A stretch of DNA of 63,690 bases, filler included, from 6 parts of 6 records of this genome joined end to end with filler, not necessarily neighbours in it, one strand, 5' to 3'. Counted from the first letter of the whole stretch, positions 1 to 10,990 are shown. A program made the numbers and translations. The notes: generated by a model from the sequence alone, not told the origin.

Positions 1-385
1 TCCCTCAAACACCACTTTTGATCATAACTCTAAGGGATTCCGGTAGAACATTAAACTGTCTCTGGAACATCTATATTTAAAAAACCCCTTTTCAGGGTGA
101 TAGAAACGGGATCTTTTTCCTCTTTCCTTTATTTTCAGTGATACGCTAATATTACCTGACAGAGTACTTCACCACTTGTTTTTGTCCTTGAAGCGGGATG
201 GTGGCCACTCCAAAGGTCATGGGAATGGAGTAACATTTTGTGAAAGATATGGAGCTAAAGACCGACTTGTCTGCATCGGTCATAGACAGGGAAAAAATCA
301 ACCGAAAGGGAAAGGCATAAAAGTTTACCTGCGGTCCGACAATGTTAAGCTCAATATCTAAGTTTGGAAATTACGTTATCGTTAC

Positions 386-423
386 TCGATTTAATGGCCC
401 GGTTACTCGGGCCATTAAATCGA
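386..423 (-). terminator. 16-bp stem hairpin after the double-cubane reductase gene
   Basis: TCGATTTAATGGCCCG / CGGGCCATTAAATCGA inverted repeat just past the stop at 432; no clear U tract. Confidence 0.5.
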
Positions 424-431
424 TGGAAAAG

Positions 432-1580
432 CTAGCCAACCATTTCAAACAAGGCTTCAACCTTTGTTCTGATCTGACCGATATCGTTTTCGGAGTATCC
501 GGTTTCAATTTTCATATAAGTAAGTCCATGCTTTTCCATCACATGACGTCCAACACTGTAAGATTCTACATTGTATGAGTGGCAGGCGGTGAGAATAAAA
601 TCGATAACCACATCGGGCTTAAAACGCTCGATCATATCGCTAAGGGCATCATACCTTTTAGAGTTTGGCGTCATGCAGGAACAAGGGATCTGCAGGTAGC
701 GTGCAGCAATTGCCTTAATAGGATCACCTGTCCCTTCTTCAATCTCACCCACAAAGGTTTTCATTCCAGTGCAGGAATCGGGAACAACAACCAAGCCGCC
801 ACATTCTTCTATAATCTTAAATATCTTTAAGGCGTCTCCACCAACAGGGCAACCGGTAACCAATACCCTTGGAGAATTGTTGGTTCCAAAATGAATTCCC
901 TCCTCAACTCTCTTCTTAAGCTTGGCGACCAGCTCTTTGATAATGGGAATGGAATCCTCGGCCATTGCAGGGAGGGCAAGAAAACCGATATCGTACATTT
1001 CTTCCCAGCTGATTACAGGTGGATGCAGTGCAGCATATTCGTAGAGTTGGCCCATAAGTCGATTTCTTTCGTTATTATTTTTAATTACCTCTTCAATTCG
1101 TTCCTGAGTTGCTTGTTTACCAAGTTTTTCCTCTAAAAAAATGGCCAGTTTTTTAATCATGACCGTCCAGTTCTCAAGGGCTTCCTTCTCCTCTGGCAGT
1201 TGAGGAAGATCCATAACGTGTAACGGTTTTATCTCTGCAGCAAGCTCAAACATCTTCTTTTTCCCATCGCAGGTCGTCTCGGCGATGACAACGTCAGCCA
1301 TATTAAAAAAGGGGCATGTCCCTTCCTGAATAAAGCCATAGCTGGACTTAATAAGTGGGCAGAGGTTCGCTGGTAAAACTTCCTCTGCGGTGGTGATAGG
1401 TTTTTCAGCAAAAGCACAGAGTACAGCTGGGATAACATCCATTGCCTGAATCAATTCTATTGGCGCATAGCCGCAATAGATACCAGCAATTGGGACACCT
1501 TCTTCCTTCTTCTTTTCTACATAATTGAGCACTCGTTTGGCTGGCATTCCATCTAGACCATCATTCATCAACGGTTTCAT
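432..1580 (-). CDS. 2-hydroxyacyl-CoA dehydratase-family protein, double-cubane cluster protein (DCCP/YjiM-like)
   Basis: GIYCGYAP, LPANLCPLIKSSYG, CPFF, ETTCDGKKK, TGCP, DSCTG, CSCMTPN, ACHSYNVE Cys motifs; downstream of an activase. Confidence 0.85.
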   Translation of the reverse strand: MKPLMNDGLDGMPAKRVLNYVEKKKEEGVPIAGIYCGYAPIELIQAMDVIPAVLCAFAEKPITTAEEVLPANLCPLIKSSYGFIQEGTCPFFNMADVVIAETTCDGKKKMFELAAEIKPLHVMDLPQLPEEKEALENWTVMIKKLAIFLEEKLGKQATQERIEEVIKNNNERNRLMGQLYEYAALHPPVISWEEMYDIGFLALPAMAEDSIPIIKELVAKLKKRVEEGIHFGTNNSPRVLVTGCPVGGDALKIFKIIEECGGLVVVPDSCTGMKTFVGEIEEGTGDPIKAIAARYLQIPCSCMTPNSKRYDALSDMIERFKPDVVIDFILTACHSYNVESYSVGRHVMEKHGLTYMKIETGYSENDIGQIRTKVEALFEMVG

Positions 1581-1638
1581 CTTTTCTCCCTTAGTTTATG
1601 GTATAATCATCGAAAGTTAATAGGCTTTAGGGGACCCC

Positions 1639-2400
1639 TTAAGCTTCTATGTGTTTTTTACGTGTGAGTAGAGCTGCCCCAAGAGCCCCTGTTCGCTGCG
1701 GTGTGTTTGGAATGAGGATTTGACGACGAATTTTTTGCTCCAGCAGTGAAACCATGCAGAGGTTATTGGCTACTCCTCCGGTGAAGACAATATCCCCTTC
1801 AGGAGCCACACGGTTGAGCATTGAGCTAACCCTTCTGACAACGCTGTTGTGAAGCCCCAGGGCTATTTCCTGACAATCACCACCTTTTGCTATGAGTGAT
1901 GTTACCTCTGATTCCGCAAAGACTGTACACATACTGGAAATGGTAACACTCTGATCTGCCGCCAATGCTTCTTTACCAAAATCGTCTATCCCGTAACCGA
2001 GAGTTTTTGCCATGATTTCAAGGAACTTTCCGGTGCCGGCGGCACAACGGTCATTCATCTCAAACTTCACTACTTTCCCTTGAGGAGAAAGAGATATTAC
2101 CTTGCTGTCCTGCCCACCGATATCAAGTATTGCTCGTGCAGATGGAAAAGAGGCAACTGCACCCATTGCGTGGGCTTTAATTTCTGTTACGGTTTCTGCG
2201 TCATATTCAATTTCAAACAGAGTACGGCCATATCCCGTTGCCGTAATGGCATTAAACTCAACTTTTGAAAGGAGTGAACCCGCATTCGCCATTGGGTCAA
2301 AGCCGGTATCGGTTTGCAGACTATCAGTGATCTTTTTTTTATCGTTTATGACAACAAGTTCAATAGTACGGGAACCTATATCTATCCCTGCGTAATTCAT
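1639..2400 (-). CDS. ASKHA-type [4Fe-4S] ATPase activase (BadF/BcrA, YjiL/DCCP-R-like)
   Basis: GIDIGS, ATGYGR, DIGGQDSK, MNDRCAAGTG, SSMCTVFAESE motifs. Confidence 0.92.
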   Translation of the reverse strand: MNYAGIDIGSRTIELVVINDKKKITDSLQTDTGFDPMANAGSLLSKVEFNAITATGYGRTLFEIEYDAETVTEIKAHAMGAVASFPSARAILDIGGQDSKVISLSPQGKVVKFEMNDRCAAGTGKFLEIMAKTLGYGIDDFGKEALAADQSVTISSMCTVFAESEVTSLIAKGGDCQEIALGLHNSVVRRVSSMLNRVAPEGDIVFTGGVANNLCMVSLLEQKIRRQILIPNTPQRTGALGAALLTRKKHIEA

Positions 2401-2955
2401 AATAAATATCCATAACCTGATTTAAACTGGTAAAAATAGTTGATCAATTTACACTAGGATTTCCTATGGGTCAAATCGGTTATTCCGATTGGTTGGTACT
2501 GTTGTATTGGGATTTGTAACTGAATTTCCTTTGTGATTCCATGGGAGGAGATGGAATAAAACTTGAAATGGGCACTGACCATAAGCTGTGTGTTTACACT
2601 TAAAGGATTCGGCAAATGGCACGTAAAAGATGGGAATAGCAAACCGTTTTCACTGCGGCTTCATTAGAACAAAATGCCTTGGCATATATGAGGTACAATA
2701 GGATTGTACACACAGGAAGTGTGACTAGTAATGGCAGTTCTAAAATATTGTCTAAATTGTGGTGTTTACATTATTCCTGTCCCTCACCGATTTTGGTCTC
2801 TTTTAACCTTGCCACTGGATATGATCCAAATTGTTTGATATAAAATGTTACAGCTTTCGGAGAAGTAACGAGAAATCTTTGTTGATTGCCCATATTTTGG
2901 AATTCCTAATTGAGAGCTTGGTGCAAACGAAACGACCGGAAATGGAGGATCGCCT

Positions 2956-3399
2956 TTGAAGATTATGGCCGCCTTGGACCTAACTGATTACGCGGATTTC
3001 GTCCTAATCAAGGCAATTAAAACCGCCAAACAGCAGAACGCCAAGATGGACATCGTGGTAGTGGCCGAGGACCAAGGTAACGAGGGCGATTCCGATGACG
3101 GGGAACTGATCAACGAAAAGCTGTATAAGGATTCAACTCGGGCCGCTCGGGCTTACCAGCAAAAGGCCCTTGCCCAAGGGGTGAAGGCCAAGGTACGGGT
3201 GCGCTCCGGCAAGTCTGCGGCAGAGGAGATTATCAAGTACCAACAGTCGGAAAAACTGGACCTCATCGTTTTGGGCCGCCGATCCCACAAAGGCCGGGCA
3301 ACCTTTCCCATGGGCACAGTAGCAAATAGAGTCGCTGCCTATGCAACTTGCACAGTTATGGTGGTGCGCTGCATTGAGGAGCGGGACTTTATGGATTAG
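2956..3399 (+). CDS. universal stress protein
   Basis: KIMAALD start, DLIVLGRR..GTVANRV..ATCTVMVVR; GGAGG RBS before TTG. Confidence 0.85.
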   Translation: MKIMAALDLTDYADFVLIKAIKTAKQQNAKMDIVVVAEDQGNEGDSDDGELINEKLYKDSTRAARAYQQKALAQGVKAKVRVRSGKSAAEEIIKYQQSEKLDLIVLGRRSHKGRATFPMGTVANRVAAYATCTVMVVRCIEERDFMD

Positions 3400-3724
3400 G
3401 TCGTTGATAATGGATCGGATCGAAATAACTCATTGAAAACATCAGTGATCTCCTTAAGTATCAGCCTTAAAATAGGTTTATAAAGACCCTTTACAGATAA
3501 TTGAGTGTACGACTGTACAAGATTGCCGTGCTATCTTGCAAGGGGCCTAACCGCGTCAACCCCTTTTACAGCGTATGTTCGACCAGAATTAATAGGAGTA
3601 AACTTTACCGCTAAGGTTCTTTGACCTCACCATTTTTCTTGTCAAAGATTAGATCAATACGTAATGTTGTTTAGGTAATAATGTGAACCATATCAATATA
3701 ATAATTAACGTAATTGGAGATAAA

Positions 3725-4336
3725 ATGATTTCAACAGAGTTTCTTTTGACATCATTAGTGGTGGTCCTGATACCAGGTACTGGGGTTATATACACCGTCT
3801 CCAATGGTCTATTTTTAGGCTGGCGGGCAAGTATCGCTGCTGCCTGTGGATGTACTGCGGGGATTATTCCGCATTTATCTGCTAGTATACTTGGCTTATC
3901 TGCAATACTACATATGAGTGCTATTGCGTTTCAAACAATCAAATTAGCAGGAGCTTTCTATCTATTATATTTAGCTTGGGGCATGTGGAGGGATAAAGAG
4001 GGGCTGCAGTTCGATTCAGCCTGTGCTAAGAAAAAATATTGGCAAATTATCTATAAAGGTTTTTTAATAAACATACTAAATCCAAAGCTTTCCATATTTT
4101 TTCTGGCATTCCTACCACTCTTTGTGTCTCCAACCGCCAGCTCGCCAACCTTACAGATGGCATTCCTCAGCCTGATTTTCATGGCTATGACATTAGGGGT
4201 TTTTATCATATATGGTATTTCCGCTAATGGTATTCGGCATTACGTTGTCAATTCACCTAAGATAATCAATCGCTTGCAGCGAACCTTTGCATTTGTTTTT
4301 GCTGGTCTAGGAGTGAAGTTAGCGTTAACCGAGTAA
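3725..4336 (+). CDS. LysE/RhtB family translocator
   Basis: PGTG, GAFYLLYLAW, NILNPK motifs; start moved to the ATG at 3725 behind a GGAG RBS. Confidence 0.9.
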   Translation: MISTEFLLTSLVVVLIPGTGVIYTVSNGLFLGWRASIAAACGCTAGIIPHLSASILGLSAILHMSAIAFQTIKLAGAFYLLYLAWGMWRDKEGLQFDSACAKKKYWQIIYKGFLINILNPKLSIFFLAFLPLFVSPTASSPTLQMAFLSLIFMAMTLGVFIIYGISANGIRHYVVNSPKIINRLQRTFAFVFAGLGVKLALTE

Positions 4337-4759
4337 ATATTTCCTCCCATTACCACCTATCACTTTGAGAATGAGTAAATAGGAAGTTCTCAAGGCGGAT
4401 TTTTTCCTGAAAACCTCGGTCATGGCTCAGGGCAAGGTTGCTCCATTTCACGGGTGGGCATTGGAAGATATTTTTTTCATACAGGTCAAAAGTCAGTTGT
4501 TAAGATTGCCATGTACCACCTCTTGAAATCGCAATTTGCTTCAGACTGATCCATGTTCCTGTATCTCTCAATATTCCGTTCTGTAAATCACCTTCCACTC
4601 AAAACCGTAACTTCATAGTTCGTAAGCTTTAATTGATGTGACTGCGACAATGATTAATACTCGGTCGGGGGGCTATCTTAATCAAATTGCAAGCCACAAG
4701 ACAGAATCAATGTTGATGAACACAGCTTAGTAACTTGTCCATAAAATTGGGGGGGCAAT

Positions 4760-6157
4760 CTAAAAATCATAGCGTAGTTCGATAAAAATCCTATTGGTAT
4801 CATCGGCTATTGGCAACCGCTCGTTACTCCCTGCCTCGAACAACCAAACGCCAGTGGTCACACTCCAACTATCAGCTATATTGTATCTCGCTGTAAAACG
4901 CTGCATAGCTCCTTTATCTCCCCATTCGCCATTGAGAATGAACAGTGCGGTTAGTTGCAATGTATCCTGCAAAAAATCACTTGTAATTCTGCAACTGATA
5001 TTATTTTCACTGGACAGTGGATTTTCTGGAGAGCTATCTAGTATTGAATCATAGTCCTGGAGGTGACGGCTAGCATAATCAAGGCTAATAATTGTATCAG
5101 AAAAACCACTGTACTCAACACCAATTAATAAATCGTTTCTGTTATAGTCTCTGTCATAATCACTCTTGAATCGAAGACTTCGAAAGTGTGCAAATTCAGC
5201 GATATAAAGTAAGTTTCCACGGGCAATACTCAAACTGGCTCCGGCCATGGTTATTTTATGGTGCTTGAGACTTGGTGGATCTGTTGGCGTAATTGTAGCT
5301 TTATCGTTGAATAAATGTGCCCCATAAAAAGAAATGTCCCATCCGCTAAATGCACCTGCTAGTTCGAACGCCAGTTCAATATTCTCAAATGTATGGGCTG
5401 GTATTTCATCTGATGGAGCAGGTATAGCATATGGATATAAAAAATGGCCGTATGGCGGATTTTCGTCATACCGGTGCTCATGGATGGATATGAGATCAAG
5501 GTTCCAGTTACCAAGGTAAATATCTATTTTGGTCATGGTTAGAGGGAGTCGAAGATTTTCAAAATCTTCTATCCCCGGATCTCGGTTATCAAGTGGGTTC
5601 AAAACATCTGTCACTCGGAAATTGTCTGAGCGACCCCACACTACAATTTGTCTTCCTATTTTAAGATCAATATAACTGTTTAGAGTTCCATGAATATAGG
5701 CCTCCCGAAGGTCAAGTTCTTTTTCATATGCGTCAAGGACCTCAGTTGTATATCCCTCCCGACCATTTATCGAATAAGAAAAATCATAGAACCCCTTAAG
5801 ACTGGAGAAAACCTTCCAGTTTGAAATACGGAAGTCCGCTTCTAGAACGGCTTCCAACCTGAGGCCTGAAAGGCCATACCAGTCGCGATATTTCTCGCCG
5901 GGAGAATAGTGGGTAGTATTTGCAACTGCAAAAAGTTTGGTATAACCTGAGAAATGGTCCAAGAATGGAGGCTTTGTGTCTACACTCGATCCTGGCTGTT
6001 CTACAATAATAGCCTGTTCGTCAAAACCACTAAATAGGTCATCCTGGTCTTCAATTGTATTTCCCCAACAGACGGATCGTGAAAAGATAAAAGCAAGGAC
6101 GCATAGTACTGTTTTACAATCCTTTTTCAAGTTGCCGGGTAGTAAATAATTCTTCAT
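4760..6157 (-). CDS. outer-membrane beta-barrel protein (DUF1302-like)
   Basis: Signal peptide, LREAY, LKIGRQIVVWGRSD, DVLNPLD, terminal LRYDF beta-signal; homologous to 30066-31448. Confidence 0.75.
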   Translation of the reverse strand: MKNYLLPGNLKKDCKTVLCVLAFIFSRSVCWGNTIEDQDDLFSGFDEQAIIVEQPGSSVDTKPPFLDHFSGYTKLFAVANTTHYSPGEKYRDWYGLSGLRLEAVLEADFRISNWKVFSSLKGFYDFSYSINGREGYTTEVLDAYEKELDLREAYIHGTLNSYIDLKIGRQIVVWGRSDNFRVTDVLNPLDNRDPGIEDFENLRLPLTMTKIDIYLGNWNLDLISIHEHRYDENPPYGHFLYPYAIPAPSDEIPAHTFENIELAFELAGAFSGWDISFYGAHLFNDKATITPTDPPSLKHHKITMAGASLSIARGNLLYIAEFAHFRSLRFKSDYDRDYNRNDLLIGVEYSGFSDTIISLDYASRHLQDYDSILDSSPENPLSSENNISCRITSDFLQDTLQLTALFILNGEWGDKGAMQRFTARYNIADSWSVTTGVWLFEAGSNERLPIADDTNRIFIELRYDF

Positions 6158-6980
6158 TTACTGAATCTTGATTATATTTGATATCTGTAAGGGTGAGGAT
6201 TGTTTTATGTACAGTTTTTTTACCTTTCTTTTTGCTCATATGGATTTCAAGTGCAGTCCATATATCATCAATCTGTTCTAGTCTTTTGACATCGAAGTAC
6301 TTGAGCGCCTTTTCATCTTTTAGAGAATAGATGCCTCTCACGACCACATAATTATCCTGACGAACAAAGAGAACAGACTGTGTGTAGCCTGTTTCATCAA
6401 TTACTCTTTGTGTTTTCGGAGTGCTAACAATAACCCAGCATTTTTGATCATAAACATTGACCTCCCTCTGTTTTGGGTGAAATTTGTATGTGTATTCTCG
6501 CAACCTTTTTTTAGTAAAGTCTGAGTAGTTGAAATCTGACCCCATAAAGCTGCTGCTTTTATCATCAGAGGCGATCAATTTTATTTTTTTAAGAGCAGGC
6601 AGGTAGAGCCATTGGTCATCGGACTTCTCTACGGTTTCGTAGTCGTAGGTAAGAAAACCTGTTCCCTTCACATCTCCAGGGGAAAGAAAGAACATAAGGC
6701 TTAAGCGATCTTCCTCCTTGTCTATGCCGAAAGAGCGAAAAGTGCGGCTTCTTTGGGTGCCGTTTCGATCAATGAGTAACATTTGCAGATCTGCAATTGC
6801 TTTGTCGCCATCGTCACGCCTGTCAACCAATTCCATTATTACCTGAGCTGTATATTCCGCTGAATTTGCAGAAGTCAAAGGGGATATGCATAGTAGAATT
6901 ACCCAAAAAAGTTGAACTTTCAAAAAAAGATGAAGGCGGATCAATAATCCAAGCAGGCCCTGCCGATTTGTCTCAAGCAT
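6114..6980 (-). CDS. LolA-like outer-membrane lipoprotein-sorting protein
   Basis: FLSPGDVKGTGFL, DDQWLYLPALKK, SFMGSDF, FTTRQL; start probably at 6980. Confidence 0.85.
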   Translation of the reverse strand: MLETNRQGLLGLLIRLHLFLKVQLFWVILLCISPLTSANSAEYTAQVIMELVDRRDDGDKAIADLQMLLIDRNGTQRSRTFRSFGIDKEEDRLSLMFFLSPGDVKGTGFLTYDYETVEKSDDQWLYLPALKKIKLIASDDKSSSFMGSDFNYSDFTKKRLREYTYKFHPKQREVNVYDQKCWVIVSTPKTQRVIDETGYTQSVLFVRQDNYVVVRGIYSLKDEKALKYFDVKRLEQIDDIWTALEIHMSKKKGKKTVHKTILTLTDIKYNQDSVNEELFTTRQLEKGL

Positions 6981-9411
6981 GATAAATCTCATTGCAAATA
7001 CCCTGATGTTTTTGTGGCTTCCTGTAAGCAATACTGAGTAATGCTGGCACGAGAAAAAAGTCAGCTGCTAACGCAAAGAGAATGGCAAAACCACTTATTA
7101 GGCCGAATCGGACATTATTAGCCAGAGCCCCTACGGTATAGATAAAAAAACCTCCACAAAGCACCATGCTCGTAATAAATAAAGCTCTGCCGGTGGAAAG
7201 AAGCGTTTCTAGAACCACTTGTTCAACATCTGCAGTTTTTTCAAACGCCCTCCGAAAATGGTGAAGGAAATGGATAGTATCATCCACAACGATTCCCAAG
7301 ACGAGGCTGCCTACCAGCATTGTACTTAAATCAAGGGGAATGCCTATTAAACCCATCAGTCCGAGAATGCATATAATTGGGGCCACATTAGCGGCCATAC
7401 TCATTAAGCCGATACGAATTCTACCGACCAAGAGAATCATCAACAGCGTAATTATCACAACTGCAAAAGTGTAGCTTTTGGCCATGCTCGTCAGTGCGTT
7501 GGTGACTATCTGCACGAAAAGCTGAATTTTCCCTGTCAGGGCAATCTTGCTGTCAGGAAATTGGTGTATTAAGTATTCCTCTACTCTATCGGCATAGTCA
7601 GCATAGAGTACAGCATCTGCAAAAGGTGCCATTATTGAAAGTAGTGCTGTTTGGTAGCTGCTGTCTGTGAAATCTTCCAAATCGTTACTACCACTGGATT
7701 CAAAAAGAATAAGTTCTTGGGCGACCAGATTTTGATTATCAGGTATGCTAAAGAAATCGTTTATGTCTCCATTCAAAGCACGATTGGTTTCCTTGAGCAC
7801 ATCAGGAAGCGCCCACACTTTACCTGCTTTGATTCCCGAAACATTCAATTTGCTAATATCTTCAATAGCTAAATCGAGGCGGCGTAGAAAGTCTGGGTTA
7901 TGAACTCCATTTTCGTGGCCCGTGTCAATGAGCGCTTCCAACATTACTGAGCCGCCATTTAACGAATCAAGCACATCTGTCGCCAATCTGATATCTGATG
8001 TGTCAGGGAACCAGGTAGAGATATTATGAGAAAAACGGACGCTTAATGCACTGTAAGAGGCAACTGCTATGATGAAGACAGATAGAAGAGCGACACCCCA
8101 AGGTCTTCGTGTCGTTACTCTGGCAATCCATTTAAATGCGGAGTCCAGTCGAGATGTGCTAGAGACAGAGGTTACATCTCGCCTTTTAACCGGGAAAATT
8201 GCGATAAATACAGGGAGTAGTACGATGGAATAGAGAAAGGCAAAAAAAACACCTATAGGTGCAATATAGCCAAGTTGAGAAACAGTAGCCATATCCGCCC
8301 AGGCAAAAGAAAAAAGACCACAAGCGGTTGTTAAACTGGTCATAAGTATTGGCAGACCTGTAAAGCCGACAGCATCGACAATTGCCGCTTTTTTATCTCC
8401 ACTATGATTGTAATTCTTATAAAATATAGTGAGGATGTGAACCGTGTGAGCAATACTGACAATAAGAAGGAAAGAGGGAAGAATCTGACTTACCAGTGTT
8501 ATGGGGACATCGACAAAAGCCATGAAGCCGAACGTGGCAAGCAAGGACAATAATACAATCACAAGTGGATAGATTACTCCAGATAACCGTCTATAGAGCA
8601 GGGTCAGAAAAAAGATAATCAGCAGACATGAAAGCGGCATGATCAAGGACAGATCACGTTCAATACCTTTTTGAAGAGCGGAGACCACGGCAGGAGTACC
8701 GGTGAAATATACTTTAAGGCTTTCGCTTTGGTATTTATCTAAAATCGAATTTATAGCGTCGGCGACCTCCATACTTTCAGCGTTGCTTAAATACTTCTGG
8801 GCATCGTTTTGTTCTAAATCCTCATCTTGTGAAAAGCCTTCCAGTATGTTGTCTGATTGCTCATCCTTTATTGCCAGAGCTTTAATGATAATTGAAACAG
8901 TTGAGCGATCACGGGAGACTAAAAAATTCTCATAGAGTGGGAAATGGTCGATAAGTTCCTTTATTCTTGCTACTTCTTCCTCCGTTTTCGGTGGTGTCTC
9001 GATAAGGTCTTCAATAAAAAGAGTGTCTTTTTCTCCTCGAACAATTCTTCCGTTGATCAGGCTTGTTACTTCGTCAAGGTGTGGAACCTTCGTTTCAAGC
9101 TCGGAGTGCAATTGATAAAGGATGTTAAAGAATTCTTTGTCGAGCCCTTTGTCCGTTTGGAGAGCAATGATGAAAATTTCATCCTGTCCAAATCGCTCCT
9201 TAAAATCATTATATGCAATGAGTGTAGGATCATCTGCATGAAAAAAAACTTCATCACGTGTGTCTATCTGTAGGCGGCTAAGCTGGCTTGCAAGCCCAGC
9301 TGTCAACAGAAACATAAGAAGCAATATCAAATATTTTTTGGTATAAATAAAGGTTGTGAAAACCATAAATGCGGACTCAAATTTCTTGTAAATAGTCTTC
9401 ATCAATTGCAC
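6973..9411 (-). CDS. MMPL/RND-family transporter
   Basis: Two repeats of TM plus periplasmic loop plus 5 TM; GIVVDDTIHF, TSLTTACG. Confidence 0.9.
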   Translation of the reverse strand: MQLMKTIYKKFESAFMVFTTFIYTKKYLILLLMFLLTAGLASQLSRLQIDTRDEVFFHADDPTLIAYNDFKERFGQDEIFIIALQTDKGLDKEFFNILYQLHSELETKVPHLDEVTSLINGRIVRGEKDTLFIEDLIETPPKTEEEVARIKELIDHFPLYENFLVSRDRSTVSIIIKALAIKDEQSDNILEGFSQDEDLEQNDAQKYLSNAESMEVADAINSILDKYQSESLKVYFTGTPAVVSALQKGIERDLSLIMPLSCLLIIFFLTLLYRRLSGVIYPLVIVLLSLLATFGFMAFVDVPITLVSQILPSFLLIVSIAHTVHILTIFYKNYNHSGDKKAAIVDAVGFTGLPILMTSLTTACGLFSFAWADMATVSQLGYIAPIGVFFAFLYSIVLLPVFIAIFPVKRRDVTSVSSTSRLDSAFKWIARVTTRRPWGVALLSVFIIAVASYSALSVRFSHNISTWFPDTSDIRLATDVLDSLNGGSVMLEALIDTGHENGVHNPDFLRRLDLAIEDISKLNVSGIKAGKVWALPDVLKETNRALNGDINDFFSIPDNQNLVAQELILFESSGSNDLEDFTDSSYQTALLSIMAPFADAVLYADYADRVEEYLIHQFPDSKIALTGKIQLFVQIVTNALTSMAKSYTFAVVIITLLMILLVGRIRIGLMSMAANVAPIICILGLMGLIGIPLDLSTMLVGSLVLGIVVDDTIHFLHHFRRAFEKTADVEQVVLETLLSTGRALFITSMVLCGGFFIYTVGALANNVRFGLISGFAILFALAADFFLVPALLSIAYRKPQKHQGICNEIYHA

Positions 9412-10013
9412 TCCGGTAATAAAATGCCGCTTAAGTGATGCTCAAGCATTGTAGAAAGCATTTCTATGGCCGTCTCCGGACTCAACTCTTTATTCCTTAA
9501 AAATTCTCTCAGGACTCCGAGGTAAATTGAAAACAGCGTGGTTGCTACAAGACCCGTGTCAATTTCCGGTTTTATTGTGCCCAGCTTTTTCTCCCTCTCA
9601 ATTAACTGTGTTAAAATTCCAAAATATTTTTCATCGAGCTGAGCCATCTTTGGACTGTTATGAACAGGTTCAAAAAGAGTGTCGCGTACTAAAATACGAT
9701 AAAGCTCACGGTTTTTATCGTAGAGAAAGAACATTCCTGAGACAAAATGGACAAGGATAGCCCGGAGCCCGTCGTGAGCGGGCAAGGTTTCCAAAGCTCC
9801 GTGGAGTACTGTTTCGATCTCCTCAGATAATGCCGCTTCAAGCAGTGCGGTTTTATTTTTAAAGTGAACAATAACAGATGCTGGAGCGACGCCTGCTTCT
9901 TTTGCTATACTCCTGATTGTGCAATTTTCTGCGCCTTTCTCCCAGAATAACTGGTGTGCTGCATTAAGTATCAACTCTCTTGTTTCTGCTTTTGAATCGT
10001 CTCTTCTTGTCAT
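9402..10013 (-). CDS. TetR/AcrR family regulator
   Basis: HTH TIRSIAKEAGVAPASVIVHFKNK; start MTRRDD at 10013 behind GGAG. Confidence 0.9.
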   Translation of the reverse strand: MTRRDDSKAETRELILNAAHQLFWEKGAENCTIRSIAKEAGVAPASVIVHFKNKTALLEAALSEEIETVLHGALETLPAHDGLRAILVHFVSGMFFLYDKNRELYRILVRDTLFEPVHNSPKMAQLDEKYFGILTQLIEREKKLGTIKPEIDTGLVATTLFSIYLGVLREFLRNKELSPETAIEMLSTMLEHHLSGILLPECN

Positions 10014-10058
10014 GGTTTTTCTCCGTTTCTTCTCCTGCGAGTTTGAACATGTTTTTTG

Positions 10059-10074
10059 ATTAAACATGTTTAAT
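10059..10074. promoter_or_regulatory. perfect 16-bp palindrome, probable TetR operator
   Basis: ATTAAACATGTTTAAT lies between TTGACA (minus strand, 10101-10106) and the tetR start; a second AACATGTT core at 10046-10053. Confidence 0.6.
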
Positions 10075-10841
10075 AAGGAGATATACGGTTTATCAGTTTT
10101 TGTCAAATCATTTTATATTTTGAAGAAGATCTCATTTTCAAAATTACTGAAAAACCCTAGATGGAGATACCTTGAGAGCATCTTGGAAGTACTCTGGACA
10201 CATCTTCGGGCAAGACCAACGTCGGAAAGAAACAGAGAGATGCCAGAATTCATGCCAGGTTATCAGTTTTGTCCATCCCGTCCTTTTAGATTCTTCCTGG
10301 GCAGGTCACACACCCCGATCTTCTGTACCCTCATTAAAAGCCTACCTGCATAATCATCAGAAATTCAGGTTAACGGCAGAGTCGTTAAGCAGTTAATGCT
10401 CGCCAGATATTGCCTGCAAGGTTAACCACGTAAAATATTCTGTATGTTTTCAGACCGATGGACAAGCCGGAGAAGCTGTTTTTATGATAATCCTGACTGT
10501 TTTCTTTAGGGTACCAGGAAGCCCCTTTTGTTGGAATAAGTGGGAAGACTGATTACCTTTGTCCTGGCAATGTTAAGTTCGATGGGCAGGAACAGTCGTA
10601 TTTAGGAAGAAATTGAGCGGTTGAAACATGAATTTGAATGGCTTTGTTTTGTCGGCAAGGTATTGCCAGTGATTACAGTCATCATGAAAAGCATGCTGGT
10701 TGTTTTGGAGTTGATTCCTAGCAAATGTAAAGGGAGATTACTCTCTGGAAAGGTTTAACAATACTTGCACTAAAGAGACTGTTACCATTGCCGCTGTTAC
10801 GATTTGTGATGTCTGAGGAAATTCCCTGGATCAAGCACCTT

Positions 10842-10882
10842 TAATGAAAGGTATTGATAAGAATGGTCAATACCTTTCATTA
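10842..10882. repeat. 16-bp perfect inverted repeat, terminator-like hairpin
   Basis: TAATGAAAGGTATTGA-N9-TCAATACCTTTCATTA. Confidence 0.55.
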
Positions 10883-10990
10883 TTCCAAAATCATGGGCCT
10901 CCTACGTAATGGACCAGACGGTACGTAGAGATTTCAAATGCCTTTATGAAATACACAACACGGGAGCATTTTTTCTAATTATAGGGACGG

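Noticed and set aside
1-70. Minus-strand frame MFQRQF...SGV-TGA-G as a possible selenoprotein
   Set aside because: No RBS, no recognisable family, and any SECIS would lie outside the window.
4340-4640. Stop-interrupted protein-like frame on the minus strand
   Set aside because: No family recognisable, so it cannot be supported as a pseudogene.
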